From Deltaproteobacteria bacterium (lineage in GTDB: Bacteria > Myxococcota > UBA727 > VGSZ01): a DNA stretch of 64,000 bases. Made by a program: the position numbers and the translations under genes. The stretch spans positions 5,830 through 69,829 of the forward strand of contig JADZDP010000081.1 of assembly GCA_020850995.1 (NCBI GenBank), given 5' to 3'. Below the pieces are notes generated by a model. That model saw only the letters and a program-made list of their open reading frames with translations, ran no database searches and was not told the DNA's origin. This document shows positions 45,611 to 58,557 of this stretch, piece by piece. How positions within the stretch are numbered: the first letter of the stretch is position 1; each line of letters opens with the position of its first letter.

Positions 45611-46312
45611 CTACCGCGACGACGACGACGGTCGATCGGCGGCCCCCTCACGCTCCGCCACGATCACGTCGACCCACCCCCACGGCAGCAGCCGTCGGCG
45701 CTCGTCGAGGATGCGGAAGGGGCCGGCAGGCGCCCAGGTGAGGGCCAGCACGCGCGTGCCGGCGGGCAACAGGGCCAGCCGCGCGGACAGCTCAGCGCGC
45801 ATCGAGGGAGGCCACGTCACCCACGAGAGCCACGCGTGGGTGGCCGCGCCGAGCTCCCACGTCCGCGCGTCGGCGACGTCGAGGGCGACCCCGCTTGCGG
45901 CCAGCGGCCCCGCGATGGCCCGGGCGCGCGCCGGGTCGAGCTCGCAGCCGCGCGCCGTGGCCCCGAGCGCGCGCGCGGCGAGCAGGACAGCCCCGCGTCC
46001 GGCCCCCAGGTCCACGACGGTGGACAGGGGCCCCACGCCGGCCTCGCGCAGCAGCCGGTACGCCACGCTGAGGGGGGTCTCGCCCCAGATGCGCGCCTCC
46101 GGCGGCAGCGAGGCCTGCCGGGCCGCCAGGACGCTCTCGAAGCGCTCTGCGGGCATCGGCGCGCGCCGCAGGGCCGCAAGCGCCGCGCGCACGGCGGGGT
46201 CTGGCGAGGTGACCACGAGGTCCCGCGCAAAAAAATACGGGCGCACCATGAGCCCAAAGGCCACGGTGCGCCCGATGGCGGACCACGACGAGCTCGAGCC
46301 CGTCGCCGTCAA
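45611..46312 (-). CDS. hypothetical protein, possible class I methyltransferase-like
   Basis: [15 protein letters not shown] is glycine-loop-like. The start is uncertain. Confidence 0.45.
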   Translation of the reverse strand: MTATGSSSSWSAIGRTVAFGLMVRPYFFARDLVVTSPDPAVRAALAALRRAPMPAERFESVLAARQASLPPEARIWGETPLSVAYRLLREAGVGPLSTVVDLGAGRGAVLLAARALGATARGCELDPARARAIAGPLAASGVALDVADARTWELGAATHAWLSWVTWPPSMRAELSARLALLPAGTRVLALTWAPAGPFRILDERRRLLPWGWVDVIVAEREGAADRPSSSSR

Positions 46313-46704
46313 TCGGCCGAGGACGACTCGCCGCCCTTCAGCGGCACCTCGCTGCCCACGAGCTCGAGGATCGAGATGGGCGCGTTGTCGCCGCGCCGGA
46401 TGCGCGACTTGGTGATGCGCGTGTAGCCGCCGTTCCTGGCCTTGAAGCGCGGGCCGATCTCCGCGAACAGCTTGTGCAGCACGTCCTGGTCGCGGATGTC
46501 GCGGTGCGCCTGTCGACGAGCGTGCAGGTCACCGGCCTTGGCCAGGGTGATCAGCCGCTCGGCGAAGATGCGCAGCTCCTTGGCCTTCGGGTCGGTGGTC
46601 TCGATGCGCTCGTGACGGAACAGCGCGGTCGCCATGTTGCGAAACAGGGCGATGCGATGGGCCGAGGTGCGGCTGAATTTTCGACCATGATTGCGATGAC
46701 GCAT
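46309..46704 (-). CDS. rplQ: 50S ribosomal protein L17
   Basis: [17 protein letters not shown]... Confidence 0.9.
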   Translation of the reverse strand: MRHRNHGRKFSRTSAHRIALFRNMATALFRHERIETTDPKAKELRIFAERLITLAKAGDLHARRQAHRDIRDQDVLHKLFAEIGPRFKARNGGYTRITKSRIRRGDNAPISILELVGSEVPLKGGESSSAD

Positions 46705-46764
46705 GACTCACTCCAGAATCGGGCGGGGCGGTGGCCCCGCAAATGGCGCCTCCCGGCGCGAAGC

Positions 46765-47856
<1,092 letters not shown>

Positions 47857-47952
47857 GGTCTTTCTCTTTCAGAGCCCCATCGGGACACGGCATCGGGATG
47901 ACGACGAGCACCAGCGGGACACGAGGGAATCGACGAGCGGAGCGAGGCTCTC

Positions 47953-48012
47953 GGGAGGGGGACCCGCGTCAGGCGCTGCCTGCGCGGGGGAGGGTCTGGC
48001 GACAGACCCTCC
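47953..48012 (-). repeat. REP-like palindromic intergenic element, copy B
   Basis: GGGAGGGGGACCCGCGTC-aggcgctgcctg-CGCGGGGGAGGGTCTGGCGACAGACCCTCC. Flanks are identical to copy A at 14291-14369 and the orientation is the same. It lies between rpsK and rpoA, where rpsD normally sits. Confidence 0.7.
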
Positions 48013-48024
48013 GAGAAGTACGGC

Positions 48025-48408
48025 TCAGACGCGACGGCGCTTGGGCGGCCGGCAGCCATTGTGTGGCACCGGCGTGACATCGCGGATCATGGTCACGCGC
48101 AGGCCCGAGTTGGCGATGGCGCGCAGCGCGCTCTCGCGACCGGAGCCAGGTCCCTTGACCCGCACCTCGACGGCCTTGAGGCCATGATCCATCGCCTTGC
48201 GGCATGCGTCTTCGGCTGCGACCTGCGCCGCGAAGGGCGTGGACTTGCGCGAGCCCTTGAAGCCGCGCGCGCCGCACGTCGACCACGACAGCGCACCGCC
48301 CTGCTGATCGGTGATGGTGATGATGGTGTTGTTGAACGACGCGAACACGTGCGCGATGCCGATGGCGACGTTCTTTTTGACGCGCTTCTTGCCTTTGGGG
48401 GAGGCCAT
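48025..48408 (-). CDS. rpsK: 30S ribosomal protein S11
   Basis: [18 protein letters not shown]... Confidence 0.9.
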   Translation of the reverse strand: MASPKGKKRVKKNVAIGIAHVFASFNNTIITITDQQGGALSWSTCGARGFKGSRKSTPFAAQVAAEDACRKAMDHGLKAVEVRVKGPGSGRESALRAIANSGLRVTMIRDVTPVPHNGCRPPKRRRV

Positions 48409-48469
48409 GTCAGTTCACCTGCAAGCAGAGAGAAAGGGCTGAGTGGAAAGCGAGGGGTGGTAGAGCGCG

Positions 48470-48850
48470 CTACTTGGTGGGCGCTGCGGCCTTGCGGGCG
48501 ACGGCCTTGCGGGGACCCTTGCGGGTGCGCGCGTTGGTGTGCGTGCGCTGGCCGCGGGCAGGCAGACCCTTGCGGTGGCGCAGGCCCCGGTAGCAGCCGA
48601 GGTCCATCAGGCGCTTGATGTTGAGCGCCACCTCGCGGCGCAAGTCGCCCTCGACCTTGTACGCCGACTCGAGCACGTCGCGGATGCGGGCGACCTCGTC
48701 TTCGCCGAGGTCGTCGGTGCGCTTGTCGGGGCTGATGTTCGCCTTCGACAACACCCGCAACGAGGTCACGGGACCGATGCCGTACAGGTAGGTCAGGGCG
48801 ATGCCCATCTTCTTGTTTCGGGGAAGGTCGACACCTGCGATGCGAGCCAC
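48470..48850 (-). CDS. rpsM: 30S ribosomal protein S13
   Basis: GTG 48850 gives (M)ARIAGVDLP, matching the S13 N-terminus. GGAGG lies 6 nt upstream. The ORF-track upstream extension is rejected. Confidence 0.85.
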   Translation of the reverse strand: MARIAGVDLPRNKKMGIALTYLYGIGPVTSLRVLSKANISPDKRTDDLGEDEVARIRDVLESAYKVEGDLRREVALNIKRLMDLGCYRGLRHRKGLPARGQRTHTNARTRKGPRKAVARKAAAPTK

Positions 48851-48901
48851 GTTCATCCTCCAAAGACCGGACCGAAGAGCTACACGACGCGACGCGCGCC
48901 G

Positions 48902-48919
48902 CCCGGGCCTCGGCCCGGG
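48902..48919 (-). promoter_or_regulatory. perfect hairpin (CCCGGGCC-tc-GGCCCGGG) in the rpmJ-rpsM spacer
   Basis: Seen directly. No adjacent T-run, so it is an attenuator or RNA-structure candidate rather than a clear terminator. Confidence 0.3.
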
Positions 48920-49084
48920 AAGAGATTTCATGGCGATGAAAGGAACGCACCACCCCGCCGACACGAGGTCCGCGGGGCTTTCTTGGTGCGCTCCACCGGC
49001 TGGGCCGCTGACGCGGGGGCCGATCTCATCGCGCGACGCGCGGGTTTCTCTCCGCGCGCTCGAACCGCTGCCAAGCGATGCCGC

Positions 49085-49198
49085 TCAGCCCTGCCGCTGC
49101 TTGTGGCGCGGGTCCTCGCAGATCACGCGGACCACGCCGCGCCGGCGAACGACCTTGCACTTGACACAGATTGGCTTCACCGACGCGCGGACCTTCAT
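49085..49198 (-). CDS. rpmJ: 50S ribosomal protein L36
   Basis: [43 protein letters not shown] lies 8 nt upstream. Confidence 0.85.
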   Translation of the reverse strand: MKVRASVKPICVKCKVVRRRGVVRVICEDPRHKQRQG

Positions 49199-49292
49199 GG
49201 TTCGCTTCTCCTGTCGTCTCTCGACGACCTGCCACAACGGCCCCGTTGCCGTAGCAGCCAAAAGCAGGCCTGGCAAGGGCGATCGTTCGTCG

Positions 49293-50267
49293 TCACCGAC
49301 GACGCGCGGGCTTCTGCTTGCCAGCCGCGGATCGAGGCTTCCTCGAGGCGGCCGCCTTCTTGGCCTTGGTCGCCTTCTTGGTCTTGGTCGCCTTCTTGGT
49401 CTTGGTCGCCTTCTTGGTCTTGGTCGCCTTCTTGGCCTTGGTTGCCTTCTTGGTCTTGGTCGCCTTCTTGGCGGCCGCGGCGCGCGCCTTGACCGTCCGC
49501 GCTGGCTTCCCGGCGGGGGCGCGCACCGCCGTGCGCGGCGCGGGCTTGCGAGCTGTTGGTGTACGAGGCGACGCGGTGCGCGCCGAAGGGCGAGCGAGCG
49601 CCGGGCGCTTGGCAAGCTTGGCCACGCCCAGCATGCGCAGCGCGCTCTCGAACACCTCGTCGGGCGGGGACATGCCATCGACGGTCTTGACCAGCCCGCG
49701 CGGTCCGTAGAGCTGCACCAGCGGGGCCGTCTCTTTGTGGAACTTCTCGAGGCGCGCGTTGACCTTCTCGAGGGTGTCGTCGCTGCGCTGTTCGAGCCCC
49801 TTGGTGCCACAGCGATCGCAGGTGTCAGCCACCTTGGGCGGGAGCTTGCTCAGGTGATAGACGGCGCCGCACTTGGGGCAACTTCGGCGCTGCACGATGC
49901 GATCGCGCACCACCTCGTCGGGTACGTCGAGCCCAACCACGGCGTCGATGACGAGCCCGCGTTCGGCCAGCATGCGATCGAGCGCCTCACCCTGCGGCAC
50001 GGTGCGCGGGAACCCGTCGAGCAGGAACCCCCCGGTGCAGTCGGGCGCGGCGATGCGCTCGGCGATCATGCGGATGACGATGTCGTCGGAGACCAGGTGC
50101 CCCGCCCTCATGATGGCGTCGACCTCGCGGCCAAGGTCGGTGCCGTTGCGCACGTGGGCGCGCAGCATGTCGCCGGTGGAGAGCTGCGGGATGCCGAGCG
50201 CGGTCTCGAGGCGCTTGGCCTGTGTGCCCTTGCCCGCCCCGGGCGCTCCGAACAGGATGATTCGCAT
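49293..50267 (-). CDS. adk: adenylate kinase with an in-frame ~110-aa Lys/Ala/Thr/Pro-rich (histone H1/AlgP-like) C-terminal tail
   Basis: [12 protein letters not shown]-loop; a zinc lid (C-x2-C...C-x2-C); the canonical end ...ALRMLG falls at aa 214. The frame continues without a stop through (KKATKT)n to 49293. AGGGGAG lies upstream of ATG 50267. Confidence 0.8.
   Translation of the reverse strand: MRIILFGAPGAGKGTQAKRLETALGIPQLSTGDMLRAHVRNGTDLGREVDAIMRAGHLVSDDIVIRMIAERIAAPDCTGGFLLDGFPRTVPQGEALDRMLAERGLVIDAVVGLDVPDEVVRDRIVQRRSCPKCGAVYHLSKLPPKVADTCDRCGTKGLEQRSDDTLEKVNARLEKFHKETAPLVQLYGPRGLVKTVDGMSPPDEVFESALRMLGVAKLAKRPALARPSARTASPRTPTARKPAPRTAVRAPAGKPARTVKARAAAAKKATKTKKATKAKKATKTKKATKTKKATKTKKATKAKKAAASRKPRSAAGKQKPARRR
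49351..49475 (-). repeat. 18-bp tandem repeats (about 6-7 copies) encoding (KKATKT)n within the adk tail
   Basis: Plus strand reads gccttcttggtcttggtc repeated. Confidence 0.85.
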
Positions 50268-50294
50268 GGTCGCTCCCCTTATCCCCGCCGGCGC

Positions 50295-51674
<1,380 letters not shown>

Positions 51675-51751
51675 AGTCGGCTCCTACGTTGTCCCCGACG
51701 TGGTCGGCGACGGTGTCGATGTCACAGGCCTAGGCGCGGACCTCGAGGGCG

Positions 51752-52252
51752 TCAACCCGCCTTGCCTGCAGCCGCCTTGGCTGTCGGTTTGACCGCGGGT
51801 TTGGCGAGGAGCTCGACGGTGCCACCGAGGGCCTCGAGCTTCTGGCGCGCCGCGGCCGAGATGGCGTGCACCTTGAGCGCCAGCTTGTGCTTGAGCTCAC
51901 CGGCGGCCAGCACCTTGACCTGATCCTTCGGGTTGATCAGACCAGCGGCCACTAGCGCGGCGGGATCGACGGTGGCGCCGGCGGGGAAGCGCTCCCCCAG
52001 GCGGCCAAGGTTGATCGGCGCGTAGCTGACCTTGAAGTCGAAGTTCTTGAAGCCGACCTTGGGCAGGCGCCGCGCCAGCGGTAGCTGGCCGCCCTCGAAG
52101 CCCACGCGAACGTTGCCGCTCTTGGTCTTCTTCTGGCCCTTGTGGCCGCGACCAGAGGTCTTGCCGAGGCCGGAGCCGCGGCCGCGGCCGAGGCGCTTCT
52201 TGGCCTGGCGAGCGCCTGCGGGTGCGACGAGGTTGTGCAGTCCCTGGGTCAT
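51752..52252 (-). CDS. rplO: 50S ribosomal protein L15
   Basis: RLGRGRGSGLGKTSGRGHKGQK... Confidence 0.85.
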   Translation of the reverse strand: MTQGLHNLVAPAGARQAKKRLGRGRGSGLGKTSGRGHKGQKKTKSGNVRVGFEGGQLPLARRLPKVGFKNFDFKVSYAPINLGRLGERFPAGATVDPAALVAAGLINPKDQVKVLAAGELKHKLALKVHAISAAARQKLEALGGTVELLAKPAVKPTAKAAAGKAG

Positions 52253-52255
52253 GGC

Positions 52256-52504
52256 TCAGCCCTTCTTCTTTGCAGTGCCATCGGCGTTGATGTGACGCAA
52301 GCCGAACAGCGGCGCGCTGCCCTTGACGACCTCGATGTCGACGAGGTGTTGCACCTTCTCCACCATGCCGCGGATCGCGGGGGTGTCGCGCAAGGTAACG
52401 GTGTGCCCAATGCGGCGCAGCCCGAGGCCCTTGACGATGAGGCGCTGCGCCTCCGGCTTGTGCGAGAGGCCGCGACGCTGGGTGATCTTGATGACGGTCG
52501 ACAT
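52256..52504 (-). CDS. rpmD: 50S ribosomal protein L30
   Basis: MSTVIKITQRRGLSHKPEAQRLIVKGLGLRRIGHTV... Confidence 0.8.
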   Translation of the reverse strand: MSTVIKITQRRGLSHKPEAQRLIVKGLGLRRIGHTVTLRDTPAIRGMVEKVQHLVDIEVVKGSAPLFGLRHINADGTAKKKG

Positions 52505-52538
52505 AAATCAGCTCCCCGGAAATGAGGAAGGGGAAATA

Positions 52539-53069
52539 TCAGGCGGTGCCAGCGGCCTGGGTGGCCTCGGCGGGCTGCACAGCGACACCGCGACGGCACG
52601 CGTGCTCTTCGGCGCCGCGCAGTTGCTTGAGCCCGTCGACGGTGGCGCGCACCACGTTGTGCGGGTTCGACGAGCCGAGCGACTTCGACAGGATGTTGTG
52701 GATGCCCGCGGCCTCGAGGATCTGCCGCACGGTGCCGCCGGCGATGACGCCGGTACCGTCGCTGGCGGGGCGCAGCACCACGATGCCGGAGCCGAAGCGG
52801 CCCTTGACCTCGTGGGGGATGGTGGTGCCGCGCAGCGACACCGCGAACATCTTCTTCTTCGCCTGGTCAGTACCCTTGCGGATGGCCTCGGGTACCTCGT
52901 TGGCCTTGCCGAGGCCCACGCCGACGTGACCCTCGCCGTCGCCCACCACCACGAGGGCGGCGAACGAGAAGCGCTTGCCGCCCTTCACCACCTTCGCGAC
53001 GCGGTTGATGTGGATGACGCGCTCAGTGAGCTCGCCGAGGTTCTCAGAGTTGATGCGGTGATCGGCCAT
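52539..53069 (-). CDS. rpsE: 30S ribosomal protein S5
   Basis: [23 protein letters not shown]... ATG 53069 is the likely start. Confidence 0.85.
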   Translation of the reverse strand: MADHRINSENLGELTERVIHINRVAKVVKGGKRFSFAALVVVGDGEGHVGVGLGKANEVPEAIRKGTDQAKKKMFAVSLRGTTIPHEVKGRFGSGIVVLRPASDGTGVIAGGTVRQILEAAGIHNILSKSLGSSNPHNVVRATVDGLKQLRGAEEHACRRGVAVQPAEATQAAGTA

Positions 53070-53129
53070 GGGTGCTCCGGACGAACGAACCAAACGATGA
53101 AAGGGCGACGAGATCCTGGGTGACGATGC

Positions 53130-53522
53130 CTAAACCTTCAGCCCGGCCTCGCGTGCGCCGTCGGCGACGGCGGCGATACGGCCGTGATAGCGGAAGCCGT
53201 TGCGATCGAACACGGCGGTGGTGATGCCCTTGGCCTTGGCACGCTCGGCCACGGCCTTGCCGATGACCTTGGCGGCGTCGGTCTTCTTCTTGCCCTTGAT
53301 ACCGGCGCGCAGATCTTTGTCGAGCGTGCAGGCCTGCACCAGCGTGGTGCCAGTGGCGTCGTCGACGAGCTGCGCGTAGATGTGACGCGCCGAACGGAAC
53401 ACCGTCAGACGCGGCGCGCCGGCATCGCCCGACATCCGCTTGCGGATGCCGATCTTGCGCTTGACGCGCGTCGCTTCCTTGGGGTTGTTCTTGCGCAGGG
53501 CGCCGAGGTTGGTCTTCCGCAT
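53130..53522 (-). CDS. rplR: 50S ribosomal protein L18
   Basis: PRLTVFRSARHIYAQLVDD... Confidence 0.85.
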   Translation of the reverse strand: MRKTNLGALRKNNPKEATRVKRKIGIRKRMSGDAGAPRLTVFRSARHIYAQLVDDATGTTLVQACTLDKDLRAGIKGKKKTDAAKVIGKAVAERAKAKGITTAVFDRNGFRYHGRIAAVADGAREAGLKV

Positions 53523-53550
53523 GATGATTCTCCTGATGGCGACGACGACG

Positions 53551-54102
53551 TCACTTGGCGCCGGACTTGCCTTCCTTCTGACGCGGACGCTCGATCGAAT
53601 ACTTGACGCCCTTCAAGCCGTAGGGGTCCTTGTTGACCGGCCGGAACGAGCGGATCTTCGCCGCGGTGGCCCCGAGCAGCTCCTTGTTGGCGGCGCTCAG
53701 CACGATGTGCGTGCGCTTCTCGTCGGTGACCTGGGCAGTGACACCCTCGGGCAGCTTGTAGACCACCGGGTGCGAAAACCCGAGGGTCAGGTGCAGCTCC
53801 TTGCCCTTCACCTCGGCGCGGTAACCGACGCCGTTGACGTCGAGCTCCTTGGTGTAGCCCTTCTCGACGCCGTTGATCATGTTGACGATCAGCGTGCGCG
53901 TCAGGCCGTGGAGCGAGCGCGAGCCACGCTCGTCGTCGGGGCGACCGACCACGATGTTGCCGCCCTCGATCTTGACGCTCATGGCGGTGTGAGGGCGCAA
54001 GCTGAGCTTGCCCTTGGGGCCCTCGACCTTCACTTCGCCGTTCTGCACGGCGACCTTGACGGCCTTGGGGATGGCGATGGGCTTTCTGCCGATGCGGGAC
54101 AT
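53551..54102 (-). CDS. rplF: 50S ribosomal protein L6
   Basis: MSRIGRKPIAIPKAVKV... Confidence 0.9.
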   Translation of the reverse strand: MSRIGRKPIAIPKAVKVAVQNGEVKVEGPKGKLSLRPHTAMSVKIEGGNIVVGRPDDERGSRSLHGLTRTLIVNMINGVEKGYTKELDVNGVGYRAEVKGKELHLTLGFSHPVVYKLPEGVTAQVTDEKRTHIVLSAANKELLGATAAKIRSFRPVNKDPYGLKGVKYSIERPRQKEGKSGAK

Positions 54103-54143
54103 GGGGTGCTCCCAGAGCGAAACGTGCGCGATGAAGCCAGCGA

Positions 54144-54536
54144 CTACCAGACGTTGCAGAGGACCTCGCCACCGACGCGATCGATGCGCGCCTGGCGGTC
54201 GGTCATGATGCCCTTCGACGTCGAGAGGATCGCCATGCCGATGCCATTGCGCACCTTGGCGATGTCCTCGACGCCGGTGTAGCGGCGCAAGCCCGGGCGC
54301 GACACGCGCTCGATGCCGTCGAGCATGGGGCTGTTCTGTTCGTCGTACCTGAGCGTCATCGACAGCATGGGGCGGCCGCTTTGCTGCTCCACGCGCACGT
54401 CAGATACGTAGCCCTCGTCCTGGAGGATCTGGGCGATGCGATGCTTCAGCTTCGACGAGGGAGCCACCACGGTCTTGTGGCGGGCCATCAGGCCGTTGCG
54501 GAGGCGGGTCAGGAAGTCGGCGATAGGATCGGTCAT
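54144..54536 (-). CDS. rpsH: 30S ribosomal protein S8
   Basis: MTDPIADFLTRLRNG... ATG 54536 is the likely start. Confidence 0.85.
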   Translation of the reverse strand: MTDPIADFLTRLRNGLMARHKTVVAPSSKLKHRIAQILQDEGYVSDVRVEQQSGRPMLSMTLRYDEQNSPMLDGIERVSRPGLRRYTGVEDIAKVRNGIGMAILSTSKGIMTDRQARIDRVGGEVLCNVW

Positions 54537-54547
54537 GGGTCTTCCGT

Positions 54548-55264
<717 letters not shown>

Positions 55265-55273
55265 AGCGTGCTC

Positions 55274-55615
55274 CTAGACCTGCTCAGCCTTGAGGTTCTT
55301 GCCGCGCGCCACGCGCTGCTTCTTGCCATCGGAGGTGAACGACGCGCCGGTACGCACCGGGCGGCTCAGCTTCTCCGACATGAGCATGACGTTCGAGATC
55401 GGGATCGAGCCCGCGCCCTCGATGATGCCACCCTCGGGGTGCTTGGGGTTGCGCTGCGGCTTGATGTGCTTCTTGACCATGCGCAGGCCCTCGACACGCA
55501 CGCGCCAGGCGTCGCCGTCACGCAGCACCTCGAGCACCTTGCCGGTCTTGCCCTTGATGTCCTTGCCGCCGGAGATGACCTTCACCAGGTCGCCGGTCTT
55601 GATCTTGGTCTTCAT
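55274..55615 (-). CDS. rplX: 50S ribosomal protein L24
   Basis: [19 protein letters not shown]... ATGA overlap with the rplN stop. Confidence 0.85.
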   Translation of the reverse strand: MKTKIKTGDLVKVISGGKDIKGKTGKVLEVLRDGDAWRVRVEGLRMVKKHIKPQRNPKHPEGGIIEGAGSIPISNVMLMSEKLSRPVRTGASFTSDGKKQRVARGKNLKAEQV

Positions 55616-55983
55616 CAGAGAACCTCGGGGGCGAGGGAGACGATCTTCATGAACTTCTTCGCGCGCAACTCGCGGGCGACGGGCCCGAAGATGCGCGTGC
55701 CGATGGGCTCGTTGTCCTTGTTGATGAGCACCGCGCCGTTGGCGTCGAAGCGGATGTAGCTGCCGTCGGGGCGCGCGATCTCTTTGGCGGTGCGCACCAC
55801 GACGCAGCGGACAACCTCGCCCTTCTTCACCTTGGAGTTCGGGCCAGCCTCTTTGACACAGGCGACGATGACGTCGCCGATGGAGGCATAGCGACGCTTG
55901 GAGCCGCCGAGCACCTTGATGCACATGACGCGGCGGGCACCGCTGTTGTCTGCGACATCGAGGACGGACTGCGTTTGAATCAT
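55615..55983 (-). CDS. rplN: 50S ribosomal protein L14
   Basis: [17 protein letters not shown]... Confidence 0.9.
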   Translation of the reverse strand: MIQTQSVLDVADNSGARRVMCIKVLGGSKRRYASIGDVIVACVKEAGPNSKVKKGEVVRCVVVRTAKEIARPDGSYIRFDANGAVLINKDNEPIGTRIFGPVARELRAKKFMKIVSLAPEVL

Positions 55984-56145
55984 GACAAATCCCTCGGTCC
56001 CGTCGTCTCCCCGCGGGCGGGAGCCAGAACGACGGGCGTGGCCTGTCGGCCGTCGTGCTTGCGTTGATCTTCTGCCTCGGACTCGAGGCCCTGGTCGCAG
56101 CAGCGAGGACAGGGCGGGCCAGGGTCTCCGAGGGGAGCGTACGAG

Positions 56146-56427
56146 CTAGATAGAAGCCTTCTCCGCGATGTTCGCGAGGCGCCAGCGCTTCAGCTTCGAC
56201 ATGGGACGGCACTCGACGATGTCGACGGTGTCGCCGACATGAGCCTGACCGTTTTCGTCATGGGCGTAGTAGCGCGCGCGCTTCTTGATGAACTTGTTGT
56301 ACTTGGCGTGGCGAACGGTGCGAACCACCTCGACGGAGATCGTCTTCGCCATCTTGTCGGACCTGACGACACCGCGGAGCGTGCGCCCCGTTCCTCGTCC
56401 TGCCTCGTCCTGCTTCGTGTCGGTCAT
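56146..56427 (-). CDS. rpsQ: 30S ribosomal protein S17
   Basis: LRGVVRSDKMAKTISVEV... Confidence 0.85.
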   Translation of the reverse strand: MTDTKQDEAGRGTGRTLRGVVRSDKMAKTISVEVVRTVRHAKYNKFIKKRARYYAHDENGQAHVGDTVDIVECRPMSKLKRWRLANIAEKASI

Positions 56428-56491
56428 GCGTGTCTCGAATCCAGATCAGAGAGGTCGCACCCGCGATCGCGAGCGTCAACCCCGGTTGTGG

Positions 56492-56695
56492 TCAGGTGCC
56501 CGCCGCCTTCTTGGCGTTGGCAGCGGTGAGCAAGCGCGCGATCTGCCGACGCGTGCGCCGCATGCTCATGGTGTCGTTGAGCGAGCGGGTGGTGTTCTTG
56601 AAGTGCATGTCGAAGAGCTCTTTTTTGAGCTTGCCCGCTTCCTCGGCGAGCTCGGCAGCGCTCTTCGTCACGTCTGATGGGTTCTTCTTTGCCAT
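56492..56695 (-). CDS. rpmC: 50S ribosomal protein L29
   Basis: Small helical protein, ELAEEAGKLKKELFDMHF... Confidence 0.8.
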   Translation of the reverse strand: MAKKNPSDVTKSAAELAEEAGKLKKELFDMHFKNTTRSLNDTMSMRRTRRQIARLLTAANAKKAAGT

Positions 56696-56722
56696 GATGA
56701 TTGCTCCCGTCGCGGCCTTGCG

Positions 56723-57139
56723 TCACAGCTCTGCGAGGCGATCGACGAACTTGGTCTTGATGGGCAGCTTGGCATCGGCGAGCGCGAGCGCCGACACCGC
56801 CTCTTCGCGGGTCACGCCCTCCATCTCGTAGAGCACCTTGCCGGCCTGCACCGGGCACACCCAGCCTTCGACGTTGCCCTTGCCGTGGCCCTGGCGGGTC
56901 TCGGCGGGCTTCTTGGTGAAGGGCTTGTCGGGGTACACGCGGATCCAGATGCGCCCGCCGCGCTTGATCTTGCGCGTCATGGCGATACGGGCCGCCTCGA
57001 TCTGGCGGGCGGTGACCCAACCGGGCGCCGTGGCGATGAGGGCGTAGTCACCGAAGGCGACGGTGGTGCCGCGCCCGGCCTTGCCCTTGAGGTTGCCCTT
57101 CTGCTGCTTGCGGAACTTGACGCGCTTGGGCGACATCAT
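56723..57139 (-). CDS. rplP: 50S ribosomal protein L16
   Basis: [15 protein letters not shown]... Confidence 0.85.
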   Translation of the reverse strand: MMSPKRVKFRKQQKGNLKGKAGRGTTVAFGDYALIATAPGWVTARQIEAARIAMTRKIKRGGRIWIRVYPDKPFTKKPAETRQGHGKGNVEGWVCPVQAGKVLYEMEGVTREEAVSALALADAKLPIKTKFVDRLAEL

Positions 57140-57181
57140 GGCCGCACCTCCCTACTCAACTGCTCTAGAACCGAATTGCTC

Positions 57182-57832
57182 TCAGGTACTGCCGCGACGC
57201 GCCGCCGTCGGCAGCACCTCGCCCTTGAAGATCCAGCACTTGCACCCGATGACACCGTAGGTGGTCCGCGCCTCGGCGAAGCCGTACTCGATGTCGGCGC
57301 GCAGCGTGTGCAGCGGCACGCGACCCTCGCGGTACCACTCGCGGCGCGCGATCTCGGCGCCGCCCAGACGACCGGCGACGGCGACACGGATGCCCTTGGC
57401 GCCGAACTTGGTGGCCGTCTGGATCGACTTCTTCATGGCGCGGCGGAAGGCCACGCGACGCTCGAGCTGCTGCGCGATGCTCTCGGCCACCAGCTGCGCG
57501 TCGGTCTCGGCCTTGCGCACCTCGTGGATGTTCAGGAACACCTCGGACTGCGTGAGCTTCTGCAGATCCTTCTTGAGCTGCTCGAGGCTCGCGCCCTTCT
57601 TGCCGATGACGATGCCAGGGCGAGCGGTGTGCACGTTGACCTTGCACTTGCTCGCGGCGCGCTCGATGTCGACGCGCGAGATGCCCGCGCTCTTGAGCTT
57701 GTCGACGATGAAATCGCGGATCTTGATGTCCTCGTGGAGCCACTCGGCGTAGCCCTTGTCACGGAACCAGCGCGAGTCCCAGGAGCGGATGACGCCGAGG
57801 CGGAACCCTGTCGGATGCGTCTTCTGACCCAT
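57182..57832 (-). CDS. rpsC: 30S ribosomal protein S3
   Basis: [18 protein letters not shown]... Confidence 0.9.
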   Translation of the reverse strand: MGQKTHPTGFRLGVIRSWDSRWFRDKGYAEWLHEDIKIRDFIVDKLKSAGISRVDIERAASKCKVNVHTARPGIVIGKKGASLEQLKKDLQKLTQSEVFLNIHEVRKAETDAQLVAESIAQQLERRVAFRRAMKKSIQTATKFGAKGIRVAVAGRLGGAEIARREWYREGRVPLHTLRADIEYGFAEARTTYGVIGCKCWIFKGEVLPTAARRGST

Positions 57833-57841
57833 GTGCTTTCC

Positions 57842-58261
57842 TCAGTTCTTCTCGGCGAGCCGCACGTGCACGTGGGCCAGCTGCTTCTTGAAGGGAGTGG
57901 CGCGGCCGTGCGCACGCGGGAGGAACCGGCGCATCATGCCGGCCTTGTCGATCTGCACGTCGGCGATCACCAGCGTGTCGAGGTCCATCTTCTTCTGGTC
58001 GGCGTTGGCCACCGCCGAGTCGATGGCCTTCTTCAGGATTGGCGCGCCGGCGCGCTGCTGGAACGCCAAGAAGGTGAGCGCGAAGTCCACCGACTTGCCG
58101 CGGATCTGGTCGGCGAGCACGCGCACTTTGCGGGCGCTGATGCGCACGCTCTTGACGTGGGCCTGGGCCGGACCCGCCTTGCGGGCGGCCTTGCGCGCGT
58201 CGGCCTTGGCCTTCTCGCGCTTCGGCTTCTTGGTGGCAGCCTTGGTCTGCGTTGCGGTCAT
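57842..58261 (-). CDS. rplV: 50S ribosomal protein L22 (with a roughly 30-aa Lys/Ala-rich N-terminal extension)
   Basis: The L22 core starts near SARKVRVLADQIRGKSV. Confidence 0.85.
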   Translation of the reverse strand: MTATQTKAATKKPKREKAKADARKAARKAGPAQAHVKSVRISARKVRVLADQIRGKSVDFALTFLAFQQRAGAPILKKAIDSAVANADQKKMDLDTLVIADVQIDKAGMMRRFLPRAHGRATPFKKQLAHVHVRLAEKN

Positions 58262-58269
58262 GGGCTACC

Positions 58270-58554
58270 TCACTTCTTCGGCGGCGCCGCGGCGGGCGCC
58301 TTCTTGTCGGCGGGGTGCAGGACGAAGGTGCGCGTGGGCGCGAACTCGCCGAGCTTGTGGCCGACCATGTTGTCGGTGACGTACACCGGGATGAACTTGC
58401 GGCCGTTGTGCACCGCGAAGGTGTGGCCGATGAACTCCGGCGTGATGGTGGAGCGGCGCGACCAGGTCTTGATGACCTTGCGATCGGCGTTGCTCGCCAC
58501 CTTCTTCCACAGGTGGTGGTCGACGAACGGACCCTTCTTGACGGAACGTGCCAT
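58270..58554 (-). CDS. rpsS: 30S ribosomal protein S19
   Basis: [15 protein letters not shown]... Confidence 0.9.
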   Translation of the reverse strand: MARSVKKGPFVDHHLWKKVASNADRKVIKTWSRRSTITPEFIGHTFAVHNGRKFIPVYVTDNMVGHKLGEFAPTRTFVLHPADKKAPAAAPPKK

Positions 58555-58557
58555 GGC

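Noticed and set aside
49026-49235. 69-aa minus-strand ORF between rpsM and adk
   Set aside because: It overlaps rpmJ (L36) in another frame. L36 has a strong Shine-Dalgarno and a conserved sequence.
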